Assembly: GCA_002189035.1 (NCBI GenBank)
Contig: NEEC01000004.1
Location: forward strand, 4,216,001 to 4,280,000
Length of the DNA stretch: 64,000 nt
Reading direction: 5' to 3'
Source: Utricularia gibba
Taxonomy: Eukaryota; Plantae; Magnoliophyta
Shown: positions 26,467 to 42,100 of the stretch, one piece after another
Layout of the letters: the number at the start of each line of letters is the position of its first letter
Numbering within the stretch: the stretch's first letter is position 1
The notes under the pieces: model-generated
The model's database searches: none
What the model saw: the letters and a program-made list of their open reading frames with translations, nothing else
Told to the model about the DNA's origin: nothing
Translations under genes and position numbers: made by a program

Positions 26467-28876
26467 TCAGAAATCGGAGTGATGGAGACAAACGAGAGAA
26501 GGATGCGTCACCGGAGAGCGACACAGTGGGCATTCCGGCTTCTCGTTACACCATTCCATTATGCAGTTCCTGCGGAAGGCAACCAAACCAGAGAGAGCAC
26601 AATCAACCATCACAAACGCAGAAGAATACAACACAGAGAAGAGTGCTGCTGATGATACCAGCAAAATACATGGCCGCAGGGAGTGGCTGTTGGCTGCTGA
26701 CGATTACTCAAGCAGAGGGTGCATTTGCTTGTTCTGATGATGGGGGCCTGGGAAATAGAATCACTGTCATGAACTGATTTGGTAGTGGAGTGATTCAAAG
26801 CCATGGATTAAGAGATGGAAGGCGCCATACACTGGAAGTAGAGGTGGATTCTGAATTCCCCACAGATTTTATAGAGTCTTCAGCAACGAGATTTCCCTCC
26901 TCGTTTAGAACAGGAATGCCCCTAACTGCCAATGGTGATTTGAAAGCCGTGTGTCATTGCTAATGTAACAGCAAATATCACACAGAAAGGAGTGAAAAGG
27001 CATTGCATCTAACAGAAAGGGATGCGGAAAGCATGTCAACACAGATGAATTTCTATTAAAAAAAGCACTAGCCTGCTGAAGGTGGATAAGCTCCAGTAGA
27101 TGTTTGCTGAAGTGAAGCAGCGACAGAGGACAAATTGCTTCTCCTTAACCACTCAGCACCAATGATGCAAAGCTGAGCTAGTAGAAAAACGCCCAAGATT
27201 TGATACCTTCATAAAATTGCACATATTACACAAGTGAGCAAATTGTGTTGATAGGAAAATTCAACTCATCAAAAGCCTGCAAACAAGTTTTTTTTCCATA
27301 TTGAAGGCTTAACGTTTAAGAAAACCTTGGCCTCTGATCTGTAGGTTTGCCTACATAAACATAACGTATCCCAGCAGCTCTTTTTGATATATGATAATAG
27401 AGGCCTGCAAGAGACCAACAAAATATGGATGAAAACATAGATGAGTAAGCAAAAACATATAATGCTTTCTCTGAAAAGAAGTATCTGATCCGATGACCTT
27501 CAAAATAGAAGAACATGAGGTTTGTGCGGAGAGCCAACATGAGCATTTCCCGGGTCAATGGTAGCAACTGTTTTACATTGTAAGAGATGAAACTCATCCA
27601 AATGCAATTGAGGACAGGAAAAACTTAAAAAACCAAACTCATCCATTATTCTGTACTTCCTAATTTCCCCCAATGCAAATAGTAGTCAGCAAGTACATAC
27701 TGTGTGCCATCTTCGTATTGCATACCACCACAAACTAGAAATTCTATCTTTCAATCTTGAAAAATGTGAAATAGAGCCATCCGATACTGATGGAGATTGA
27801 GAGGGGACACTGGAAGATGACTGACGTGGACTAGAAGAGGTTGATTCATCTCCATCAACATTGTTGGATAGAGAATCACCAATGGTGATACCTTGGGAAG
27901 AAATACGTGAGCTGCAGACGAGATAAAATGTTACTGACAGCACAGAAACCCCCATGATTCAAACAGGAAAAGGAAGATCTTTTAACCCGATTCTTTCAGC
28001 AATATATGGTAATGCTGTGTGCCAAAAAATAAACAGAGAGCGTCTGGCAGGAGTAGGAGGGAGCATATGAGGGCCAGAAACCTGAAACCCAAAGTCAATT
28101 CTTGAACATGAAAGAGCATCACTCGAGAATGTGCATTAACTTCGGCAAGGGTCAGCCTTCAGTACACGCAGTCAGTTTTTTTTGTGAAAAATCAACTTTT
28201 TAACTCTCTGAGGGAGCATCACTATGCAAGAAATGAATCAAATTAAAGGTTTTCAGCAATAACGGAGGTGAAGCATGACTTAGATTCATACCTGCATTAT
28301 ATCACAGTACTCCTCCCCTAAGGTCTGTTTACCGGCACCCGTTGTCAACATATAATAAAGCATCTGCCCCAAGAGTTTTGCCTTTAGAAGAAAACAAAGC
28401 AACCTTTCACATGAGAAAGTACAGGAAAACACCCTCGTTATAAGTGGGGCGAGGCGCAAACCTCACTTTGATAGGCCACAGCGACTCTCGTTCCTGGAGA
28501 TAGGAACAATATTCAGAACCCAAAATTCAGGTATCCACCAACGAAACAGAAATCCCGTAGTAGAAACTCAAGCAACCACCGTCACACGAAATGACGGAAA
28601 GAAACGAAAATTGGGCGCCATCAATCATCCAATCAAAGCGGGATGAAATTCCCGAACCCAAGAAGGGCTAGCTAGAATCAGATTACCGAATAAGTGACGG
28701 AAGGCTTCGCGGCAAGCCTCGTAAACGAAGGAAGCATACTGATCGTCCTTCTCCGCGGCTCTCATTATCTCCGGCTGTGCCGCCGATGGAAAAGAACGCA
28801 CGGAAGCGCCGACTCCCGGGGTGGCATCAGAACTCCGGTCGACATCGGCTGTGCGTATTGATTCGCTCAGCCCCAT
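26467..28876 (-). CDS. PEX10: Peroxisome biogenesis factor 10 (RING peroxin)
   Basis: [31 protein letters not shown] motif, [24 protein letters not shown]3HC4 [26 protein letters not shown]...[16 protein letters not shown]. The exons I read join in frame. Confidence 0.95.
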
Positions 28877-29124
28877 CCTCGGCAACGGATAGAAGAAACG
28901 AAGAGGACTACACTACCGTCAAGAGAACAATGGTGACGAAGATTGTTTTATACTAATATTATTTTCTATTAATTAAAACAATTTAATATTTCCACTTTTA
29001 TATAACTAATTTTAAAAGGAATAAAAAAAACTGTTTCGCTATCGCATCACATATTTTTACAAGAAAACCGTTATCATACCCCGTCGCCGGGAAGTAGAGT
29101 TTTCTCGAAAATCAAACAGCAACT

Positions 29125-30925
29125 GCTTACGGGCCGGGCCTAACCTACTTCTTGGCCGAGGCCAACTTCAACTCATGCACTGGGTCATTTAATGCTTTGG
29201 GTTACACTTTAGTAAACTTATGGGTTGGGCCAAATAGATGTACCGGATGGGCCAGAGTACTAATTCGGTTGAGTCACCTTCAACTCGAAGGTTGGCAATC
29301 AAATGTTATGGGCTACCCTTGGTGACCTATGAGCTGGTCCAAATAAAGTTACGGGCTGGGCAACATTAATTTATGGGCTGGGCCACATAATGTTTTGAGT
29401 TATGCATTGGTTACTATGGACTGGGCCAAAATTAATTTATGGGTTGGACCAACATTAATTTACGAGCTGAACCTGAGTAATTAATGGGCTGAGCCACCTT
29501 CATATTATTGGGCTTGTCGAAATGAATTTCTGGCAAGGTCTAAATACTTCATGGGTTGGGCCACCTTCAACACATTGGCTGGACTATCAAATGCCTTGGG
29601 CAATGCCTTGGTACGTTATGGGCTGAGCCAAAATATTTTAAGGGCTTAGCGTAGGCTATTTAATGGAATGGGCCACATTGAAATCATTGGGGTGGGCCAT
29701 CCGATGATTTGGGCTACGCCTTCGTAAACTTATAGGCTGGGCCAAGTATATTATTGAACTGGGCATTTGTGCCAAAAGATTTTAAGGGCTTGGCGTTCGC
29801 TACATAACGACCTAGGCCACGTACAAATCATGGTATGGGTCAAATATATCATTGGACAGGACATTTGTATACGTGCGCTCGGCCACAATAATTTACGGGT
29901 TCGGCCTAAACTACTTTATGCGCAGGGCAATCCAATGGTAAACTTACGAGCTGGGCTAAATATATTATCGGCCTGGGCATTTCAATGTATGCGTTGGGCC
30001 AAATTAATATACGAGCTGGTCCGAAGATATTATTGGGTTGGGTCATATGTATATGTAGGCTGAGACAAAATAATTTACGGATTGGGCCTAAACCACCAAA
30101 TGGCCTGGGCCACCGTCAAATAATGGGCTATATCATACGATTATTTGGGCTAGGCCATGGTAAAATTATGAGATGAGTCAAATATATAATTGGGCTACGC
30201 AAATGATAATGTGGGCTGGGCTGCATATGTGCCTGGGCATGGACATTTGGGGTATGTGGGCTGATCCAATCTAATACATGAGCCGGGTATCACGGTCTGG
30301 GCAACATTATGCATTCGGCTAGGTTGGAAAAATTACGTGTTGGGCTAAATATACTATTGGTCAACTAGAAGCATGGCTTGGGCCATCTAGCAGTTTGGGC
30401 TAGGGCTTGTTTAAATTCTGTCTTGGGCCAAAACCAATTTAAGGGAGCTGAAACCAATTAATGGATTGGGCTACATAAAGTTTATGGGGATGGCGCAAAA
30501 TTAATTTACGGGCGGGGCCTAAACAAATTTATGGTCTGGGCCACATAAAGTCATGGACTAGGACTTGATTCAATTCTGCGTTGGGTCAAGATTCATTTAC
30601 TTTCTGCGGGAAATCTAATTAATCTGATGAACCACATGAAGTATTAGGATGGGCCTTTTGAATGTATGGGTTAGACCTCAATTGAATTTACGACTGGGTC
30701 AACAGGACCTAAATTGGTTAATCGGCGTGGCCTCTATAGCTGGGCCAACATTAATTACGGGTTAGACTAAAATTAATTAATGAGTTGACCACATAAAAGT
30801 TATGGGGATGGACATGGTAACGTGTTGACTACTTTATGGGCTAGGCCTCAATTGAATATGAGGGGGGCGTTCGGCCTCAGCGATAAAGGGGACTCAAATT
30901 GGGCCTTTGTAGAACGAGGCCCATC
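29125..30925 (+). repeat. Degenerate tandem array of ~21-23 bp units, consensus near AAATTAATTTATGGGCTGGGCC
   Basis: Dozens of same-strand TGGGCY/TGGGTT/TGAGCT cores, each preceded by an A/T tract, e.g. caacattaatttatgggctgggccac and aaaattaatttatgggttggaccaacattaatttacgagctg. No credible ORF. Confidence 0.8.
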
Positions 30926-30963
30926 AGAAATTTAGCCCCAGTTTTGGCAATGGAACCCTGTAT

Positions 30964-31074
30964 GTTCTAGAATTTCGGGTCGATGTTCTAGATATTTCGA
31001 CACTTTTCAATGGGATCCGTCAGCTTCTCCCGAGTTCCAGATATTTCTTTATCCTTCTCCCCTGCATTATAAAT
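30964..31074 (+). promoter_or_regulatory. Heat-shock elements and TATA box of the small HSP gene
   Basis: gTTCtaGAAttTCg at 30964-30977, gTTCtaGAtatTTC near 30985, gTTCcaGAtatTTC near 31034, and TATAAAT at 31068-31074, about 95 bp before the ATG. Matches the nGAAn inverted-repeat HSF binding array. Confidence 0.85.
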
Positions 31075-31167
31075 CGCTCAGATGAGCTGCATTGTCGATC
31101 CAGTAAGAGTTCGATTTCCGAAAATACCGAGTTTCCAAGCGCAAGTTTCCTCTGCAATCTCAACGAA

Positions 31168-31638
31168 ATGGACATCAGATTCCTGGGCTTCGACTCACCG
31201 CTCTTCCACACTCTCCACAACATCCTCGACGGCGATGAATCTGACGCCAAATCCACCTGCCAGCCTACGAGAGCATACGTCCGCGACGCTAAGGCTATGG
31301 CGGCGACGCCGGCGGACGTGGAGGAGTTTCCGAGTTCCTACGTATTCGTGATCGATATGCCGGGATTGAAGTCAGGCGATATCAAGGTGCAGGTCGAGGA
31401 CGACAACGTTCTGCTGATCAGCAGCGAGAGGAAGAGAGAGGAGGCAAAGGAAGGGGCGAAGTATGTGAGGATGGAGAGGCGGATGGGGAAGTTTCTGAGG
31501 AAGTTCACGTTGCCGGAGAATGCGGATACGGAGAAGATATCCGCCGTGTGCCAGGACGGAGTACTGAAGGTTACGGTGGAGAAGCGGCCGCCGCCGCAGC
31601 CGAAGAAGCCGAAGACGGTTGAAGTGAAGATCGCGTGA
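31168..31638 (+). CDS. Cytosolic class II small heat shock protein (~17.5 kDa)
   Basis: Intronless 156 aa. Class II signature [17 protein letters not shown] and alpha-crystallin domain [23 protein letters not shown]...[18 protein letters not shown]...GVLKVTVEK. Confidence 0.96.
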   Translation: MDIRFLGFDSPLFHTLHNILDGDESDAKSTCQPTRAYVRDAKAMAATPADVEEFPSSYVFVIDMPGLKSGDIKVQVEDDNVLLISSERKREEAKEGAKYVRMERRMGKFLRKFTLPENADTEKISAVCQDGVLKVTVEKRPPPQPKKPKTVEVKIA

Positions 31639-32175
31639 CCTACCCTAGTTGCAACCGCTGCTGCTGCAAATCATGTTACTCATGTTGCCTGCTTGTCTCT
31701 TTGCTTTCATTGTGAAGTGTAACGTCTCCTGCCTCGGCATGTGAATAAAAGCGGTCTTTCATCATACTGCAAGGTTTTCGCCATTTTAAAAAAGAGAAAA
31801 CATACGAAGAATTAAAATTGCATTAAAAAATCCAACTTTTTCCCCCCTTGAATCCCGTTCTAAAAACATCTTCCTACGAAATGAAACAAAACAAGTTACA
31901 GGATTAGGTTACGGATGTAATGAAATCACCAACTAAGATTTATTTATAACATAAGCCTTAAGTCACTAGAAGCGGACTGCACACAGCCAGCGTTCACTGC
32001 CTGAAGAATTCAGCACAGAGGAGCCATTTCGTAATGTACAGCTAAGTGATAGGTATATTTCACTCACGAAATACCAATGGAGGCGTGCAACCAACACATA
32101 ATAAACGGGGTATGCACAGCCTCACCATAGATCCATTATATATCATATTGCATATACGAATCACGAGTAGCACCT

Positions 32176-35731
<3,556 letters not shown>

Positions 35732-36526
35732 CTTCTCTGTTCCTGTTTCCCACTTTTTCTTCTGGATTTCCGCGAAATCTTGGTGCGTCGGAACCGTGAA
35801 ATATCCAAAATAGTTGCTCGCATTTATATATCCGAGTGTGTAATTTATTGGGAGCAGATCGGTTCAGGAGCCTGTCTATACGGCGTCGTTCTGAGCCCAT
35901 TCGGCGTGCCAGGATCACCTGCGCTTTGGCCTTCCTGCACCACGTGATGATGTGGACTCTATTTTTCTTTTTTTAGGAAGAAACGTGATGATGTGGACTC
36001 GACAAATCACCGGGACCACTGTAGAGTTAACCGTTACATTCCGCGATTTATTAACACGGTAAAATCAAAATTCGGTCACTTTATCAACATATTTTAATTC
36101 AATATTAAATATTTTTAACATATATTTAAAAAATCATTGAATTAAAAAATATTCTGAAAAATTTTTAGAATATATTTCTAATTTTTCAAAATTATTTTAA
36201 AAAAATAAAAATAATTTTAGAAATAAATATAGATTATAAATATTCTAACAAATTATAAAAAATAGATATAGAAAAATACTTTTAAAACAAATGAGTGTTC
36301 TGTATAAAATTCTTTTTAATAATTTTAAGTAGTTTTTAAGATAATATATAAATATTAATAAACATAATTTTTTAAGATTAAAAAATATATATTCATGCAT
36401 CATCATCTAAAGTTTAAAAAATAACAAGATTAATTAATATCTTCATACCTTACTTTTAAAAATAAGATTTAAAAATTTTAAAGTTCTAAAAATACTTTTA
36501 GGAAATTTAGTAAAAAATAGAAATAA

Positions 36527-36858
36527 GGCCTTATTTGGTTAGTTGATTTAGATTTTTATAGGTTTAGATAAACTCAAATATGTAGGTTTATGTATAAAAG
36601 AATGTTTGGTATACCATTTTAGTTTATTTGGGTAATATATTAATGTTATGTTTGTTATGTGGGTTTAGAACACAAATGTAATTTTAACATCAGATATAAA
36701 AATACCTACACTCTCCTTGGGTATGTATATACCCATATATAAGGGTAAAAAGTGGGTATAATTATACCAAGTAGGTAAAATTAACCCTAGATACCAAACA
36801 TCAAAATTTTACTAAACTCATTATAAATCAATCCTAAACCTTTATATCAAACAAGCCC
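36527..36858. mobile_element. Tourist-like (PIF/Harbinger) MITE
   Basis: TIRs GGCCTTATTTGGT / ATCAAACAAGCCC (10 of 13 match), TAA at 36524-36526 and 36859-36861. Confidence 0.6.
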
Positions 36859-37449
36859 TAAGATATAAAAATAGTTAATTCTTTTATTTTTTAAAAATAA
36901 TTTTTGTATTATAATTTTAAAATTAATTTTGATAGAATTATTTTTATAATTAATATTATTCCAAAAGAAATTTTTTTCATATATTTCAAGTAAATCTAAT
37001 ACTATAGAATATCATTATATATATATATATAATTTAGTTATCCAATACATTTTCAATTATAACAACATAATATATATATATTTTTTTTTATTTATATTTA
37101 TTTAAAAATATGAATAATTCAAATATAACATTAACTAAACTATAGTACAGAGGAATTCATCCACTAGAGAAAGGCTGCAGCATTGGAGTGTTCAAAATGA
37201 GGGAGAAAACAAACTAACTGTGAGCAGTAGCATTACAGAGGAAGATGTATCAGAATCAGCCTTGCAACTAGATGAAGGAGCAGCTAGCCAAGAGTCAAGG
37301 TCTAAGGTTTTCTGTGTATCAAGAGATGCAAATTCAGCCTACAACAAAAATAGTCACCAGTTTGCTCAAGAAGAATTTGAGTCCACAGGATCAAACTGTA
37401 ACTATCTATGGCACAGAAGCTACAAGAAGACAAACAAATGTATGGTGAT

Positions 37450-39171
37450 CTAACGGAGAAAGGATGTCCCTGCTAGGTTGTGGTGAAGCAGATTGTGAGC
37501 AATGGCATCTCTTGCTCTCACTGCATTCACGGATCTCAAACTGATTTCCGGAACCATCTCATCATCAAAGATTTCGAACTCGTGCTCAGGTTCCAAACGC
37601 TCGTTTCTGATCTCACAGATGTTGTGCAGCACACAGCATGCTCCTAGAACCACTGGTAAGTCCTGAAGTTTAACTTCAGTTCTCTTCTGCAAGCACCCCC
37701 ACCGGCCTTTTAGCCGGGCGAATGACCCTTTTGCGATCCGGTGGATCTCCCCGATCCGTTCATTGAAGGCGTGTTGAGTCCATGTGAGGTTAGGCTGCGT
37801 GTAAGGCACTAAAACCCAGTCCATCAAGGGGTGCCCTGAACCTCCCACAATCCATACTCCCTGATAGAATCCAGCGTTTGCTCTCTGAAAAAGTGTGGAG
37901 TTTTCGAGAACCTTATCATCCGCCATGGAACCCGGGTAACCGATGCAAACATCTGTGAAAACTCCTCTGTGATCAACAACACCTTGAAGGGTAATGGAGT
38001 AGGATGTCTTCTGGTTTCTCTCGGTGTGCCTTCTGTTGAAATAAGCAGCCACGCTGATCTTTGGTGCAATTATCGGTACATGAGTTGTATACATGGATCC
38101 AACTACATTGGGAATCCCTGAAGCGGTTTCGAATTCCTCTTTGATCCTCCTCAGAGACTCCTCTTCCGGCCATCTCAGATACTTGGGCATCAGAACAGTT
38201 TTGATTGCAGAACAGACTTCAAGAACAAGCTTATGGCAAGTTGATATCCCCAAGCCAAACTTCTTGGACACCAAACGAAGAGGCTCACCGGTGGCGAGCC
38301 GCCATATGCAGACGGCTACGCGTTGCCGGACTGGAACTGCATCTCTCAACATAGTGTTTTCCTTGGCTACAACAGAGGAAAGCTCATTGCAAATCAAGTC
38401 AAATGTTTCTTTCCCCATTCTAAACGCCTTTTTGAATTCCTCCTCTGGGAAATCAGGACTACTACATTGATCCCACCAATCTTTAGACCTGTTTTTGACC
38501 CACAAACGCCGTTGTGGCCCCGCCGTAGGAGGTCTATCATTTCCGGCCGCGGCGGCTGCGGCAGAGGTTTTATCATTGGAAGCAGAATCAACCCCACCTA
38601 CCGAACCTATTCCAATCGCCGCAACGACGCTGGTAGCAGCAGCAAAAGCATTCGCCCGTGCCTTTCTTCTCCTCGTTACGTCGCTTCTCTCGGCATCCTT
38701 GTAAAAATCTTGAATCCCAGAATAGCAATCCATCAGAGCACGCGATCTCTTCCCATGATTCTCCTCATATTTAAGCATCTCTTCTCTGCGCGCCTTCTCA
38801 GCTTCTTCAATCTCGTTTTTTTGCTCTTCTTCCAGAAACAGCAAAGGAGTTATGACCTCATCAAACCCTTTACTCTTCTTCCCTCCTTCCTCCTGAATCA
38901 AAAACCCATCTTGCTCCCCGGTATCTCTTCTCCGTCGTTTACTCAAATAACCCTTGCTATCATTCATCTCGATATCAAGAGCTAAATTCAACCACAACTC
39001 GAAGAAATCAATCAGTTTCTCCACATAATTAAATACCCAATATGCAGTCAAAGTGATCGACGGAATGTGTGAATGGAAAAACGCGAACAAGGGGGGCGAG
39101 CGAATGTCAACCTTGAAGAAAGATTGGATATTGGGTGTGCTTTGAAAAAACTTCTGGGTCAGCTTCGGCAT
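37450..39171 (-). CDS. Domesticated PIF/Harbinger transposase-derived protein (HARBI1/ALP1-like, DDE_Tnp_4 fold)
   Basis: Intact intronless 573-aa ORF; an internal Met at 38967 may be the real start. Contains RRLWVKNRSKDWW, FRMGKETFDLIC, PVRQRVAVCIWRLATGEPLRLVSKKFGLGISTCHKLVLEVC and FARLKGRWGCL. No flanking TIRs seen. Confidence 0.92.
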   Translation of the reverse strand: MPKLTQKFFQSTPNIQSFFKVDIRSPPLFAFFHSHIPSITLTAYWVFNYVEKLIDFFELWLNLALDIEMNDSKGYLSKRRRRDTGEQDGFLIQEEGGKKSKGFDEVITPLLFLEEEQKNEIEEAEKARREEMLKYEENHGKRSRALMDCYSGIQDFYKDAERSDVTRRRKARANAFAAATSVVAAIGIGSVGGVDSASNDKTSAAAAAAGNDRPPTAGPQRRLWVKNRSKDWWDQCSSPDFPEEEFKKAFRMGKETFDLICNELSSVVAKENTMLRDAVPVRQRVAVCIWRLATGEPLRLVSKKFGLGISTCHKLVLEVCSAIKTVLMPKYLRWPEEESLRRIKEEFETASGIPNVVGSMYTTHVPIIAPKISVAAYFNRRHTERNQKTSYSITLQGVVDHRGVFTDVCIGYPGSMADDKVLENSTLFQRANAGFYQGVWIVGGSGHPLMDWVLVPYTQPNLTWTQHAFNERIGEIHRIAKGSFARLKGRWGCLQKRTEVKLQDLPVVLGACCVLHNICEIRNERLEPEHEFEIFDDEMVPEISLRSVNAVRARDAIAHNLLHHNLAGTSFLR

Positions 39172-42100
39172 TAAATAGCAACCTCTACATGTACAAATTT
39201 TGGGTACGAAGGGGATGAAGAAAAGGAAAAGAAACCGTGTGAATTGAAATCAAATCTGTGTGAACGCAAGCCATCGGTAACCGCTGTTCCAACGGTGCAC
39301 GACTGCCAATTCGAGATGGGGCTGTGGGGTCTCTCTGGGTCTCTCTCTCCCTTTGACGAAGACTGAGCCAATACCACCACCAACACCAACGCGTTTCTAA
39401 GTTGTCCTCAATTTCGAGGTTTTTTCATGTACCCACTCCCCATTTACTGCTGTAAATTCACTAAATTCAGACGACCCAGGAGCAGCCCTCCAACAGCAGC
39501 AGCAACCGTAGCCAATCCCAATGAATTTTTGCCCCTTCGGACAAGGAGATGATTCGATAGGCAGCAATTTTGCCTGCTCAAATTCCGTTCATCCCTCCCA
39601 TCCCACAAATCCAGTGTCGTGGAACGGGCCTTCATTTCATCTCACTCCCCAGGCTGAAAAACCAAAATTACCTTTTGCCCCCAATAATTTCGTATTATAC
39701 CGCGTGGGGCCCTCCAATTTTCATTATTCACCTCAACCCCACGTTAGTTCTTTGCACCACTTAAATTAGAATTTAGAGGCATAAATTTCACTAAAGTTTA
39801 TATTAGGGATTACAATGCCCCAAATTCAAAAATGTGCAATGGCATTTTTGGGAATGAAAATGGGGCAAATATGGTATTAAAGCAGATGAGAGGACTCGCA
39901 AGTCAAAAGATGCTAAATCTCATGACTAATTTTATAAAAAAACTTTTTGACTAAATCTCGTGTATTTCCAAAATTAGTTTGGAGTGAGGGTTTTATTTTA
40001 TTTTATTTATTACCTTCTTTTCGATTTAGTCTTAAGTAATCTACAGAAAGAAAGCCTAAGGGCACACCGCAAACTGCGCTCCTTTGTATTGCGTGTGTTG
40101 AAAAGATGTGCCAATTCAATGCTCATTTAGTCCCCTGTGATGAATCCAAAATAATTCTGGTAAATTAATTGTTTAACTGGTTGTCCCAAAATCTTATGCT
40201 TTTGCTGGAATCTAAAATTAGGGGTAAGGATATGTTATGTGTTTCAAATTATATAGAATAGAATAATTTTTAAAATTATATGAATGTAATCAATTTGAAA
40301 TTCTAAAACTGTTTTATAGTATAATATAAAATTATATTATAAAATTTAATATATATATATATATACATATTATATAATTTAATATTATGATATAAATATA
40401 TTTTTAGAATAGATAAAAAGTAAATATTATAATTTTTCTAATTAATCTGTTATTTAATCATTAAAATAAATATTCAATAATTTTAAAATTAATCTAATTT
40501 TATTATAAAACGATTAACGATTAGACTTTTCAAAAATTACAGAAAACAGCCCATAACCATTTTATATAAATACGAATCCGATCACTATTTGTTATATCTA
40601 GAATCCGTATTGATAGTATTTGTATTTTACTTTCAAAATGGGTATTACGTATTTGGTTTTGATAAATATAAAATATACTAATTTATAAAAATTTTAAGAA
40701 AATCTCCACCGAGTGCCCTAATTAGTCGAAATCTTTCCTTTAATGGATGCCTTTACAAAATGTTATCGGGTGGTTCTAGAAACAGTGACATCTGATGGAC
40801 AAAATAACTAATGTTATTTTATATCGAAGAGATGGATTTTAAAGAAACGTCGTCGTATCAGGATGGCTCCATCCAGTTGACATGACGCTTCTGCCGCCCA
40901 GCCAGAGAGGCGCTACCTGGCGTCCACAAGGCAACAAATGATCCGCCGCTTTTGTTGAACGCGCAAAGATTCTCCCCCTGTGCAATAAAACAAAAGAGCA
41001 ATGGAATGGAATATTAGATTTTTTTTTTGTGACAATTATCACCATCACTGTTGGCCGCTGTTCCCACTTGTTCTGCCGCTGCCGTAGACCGTAGAAGCGT
41101 CTCCACCATACCGCCAGCCAGCCAGCCAGCCGGTTGCTTGGACCAGAGGGCGGTGGATACTTCTTCAGCTGATGCTGTCTTGTTGTTCACAGCCATGTTC
41201 ATGCATTCATTCCACGGTGGATATTTCTCCTGCTGCATTACCAGCACGCGCAGGCAGGGAGGCAGGGAGGCAGGCTGCATGGTGCCCAGTATGAGTGGCT
41301 TACTGTATATGCAGATTCCAAGTGGGAAACCATGACCATTGTGATTTGTGAGTGAGGACTGCTCTGAGCAAACGATAAAATATGTTTTAAAAGACGGCAC
41401 AGCGTCACTGCGCATCACATTTATTTATGCCGAGACTGCTCTGCCCAAACGATACAATACAAACAGTTTCTTTTTTCTTTGCTGATATTTTTTAAATAAT
41501 AAAAGTATAAATAAAATTAAATGTTATATAACACCATGTTTTAGAGTATCAAACCAATAATTTTAACAATTAATAAGTCATTTAATAATAGAATATTAAT
41601 ATATTTAATTATAATTAAATTAGATTTATATAATTAATTGTATATAACATTTGATATTCAAAAATAAAATTTTATGTGAGTGTTAAATATATAATTAAAC
41701 TTCTACTTCATATATTTAATTATAGTGTAATTAGATATTTATATACTCAATTGTATCTAATATTTGATATTAAGGAATAAAATTTTGAATACGTAACTAA
41801 TATAGATATAATTAATCTTCTACTCCATTTGTGTATATTGTTCGTATATTCAAAAAATAAGTATGTGATTGATATAGTTATTGGTATACATATTTTAGTT
41901 AATTAAATAACAGTTTATATATAAATTCTCTATAATATTCTACAAAATACCCTCTAAATTACATTGATTTTTTAAATAATTTTAAAATATAAAATTACTT
42001 TGTAAATATATTCTAAAATAGTGTTTAATTTAAAAATAATTGGAGTTGATGGTCGGATCTTTCAGCAGCGGCGTCGGTGTGTGTTGGACGCAATGATGAT

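Noticed and set aside
29125-30925. CRISPR-like or coding interpretation of the repeat array (ORFs 29767-30063 and 29985-30176)
   Set aside because: Eukaryotic context, repeats are degenerate with no constant repeat/unique spacer structure, and the ORFs are by-products of the repeat.
38323-38985. 220-aa plus-strand ORF overlapping the Harbinger-derived gene
   Set aside because: Non-ATG start, low-complexity translation, explained as the reverse complement of a codon-biased CDS.
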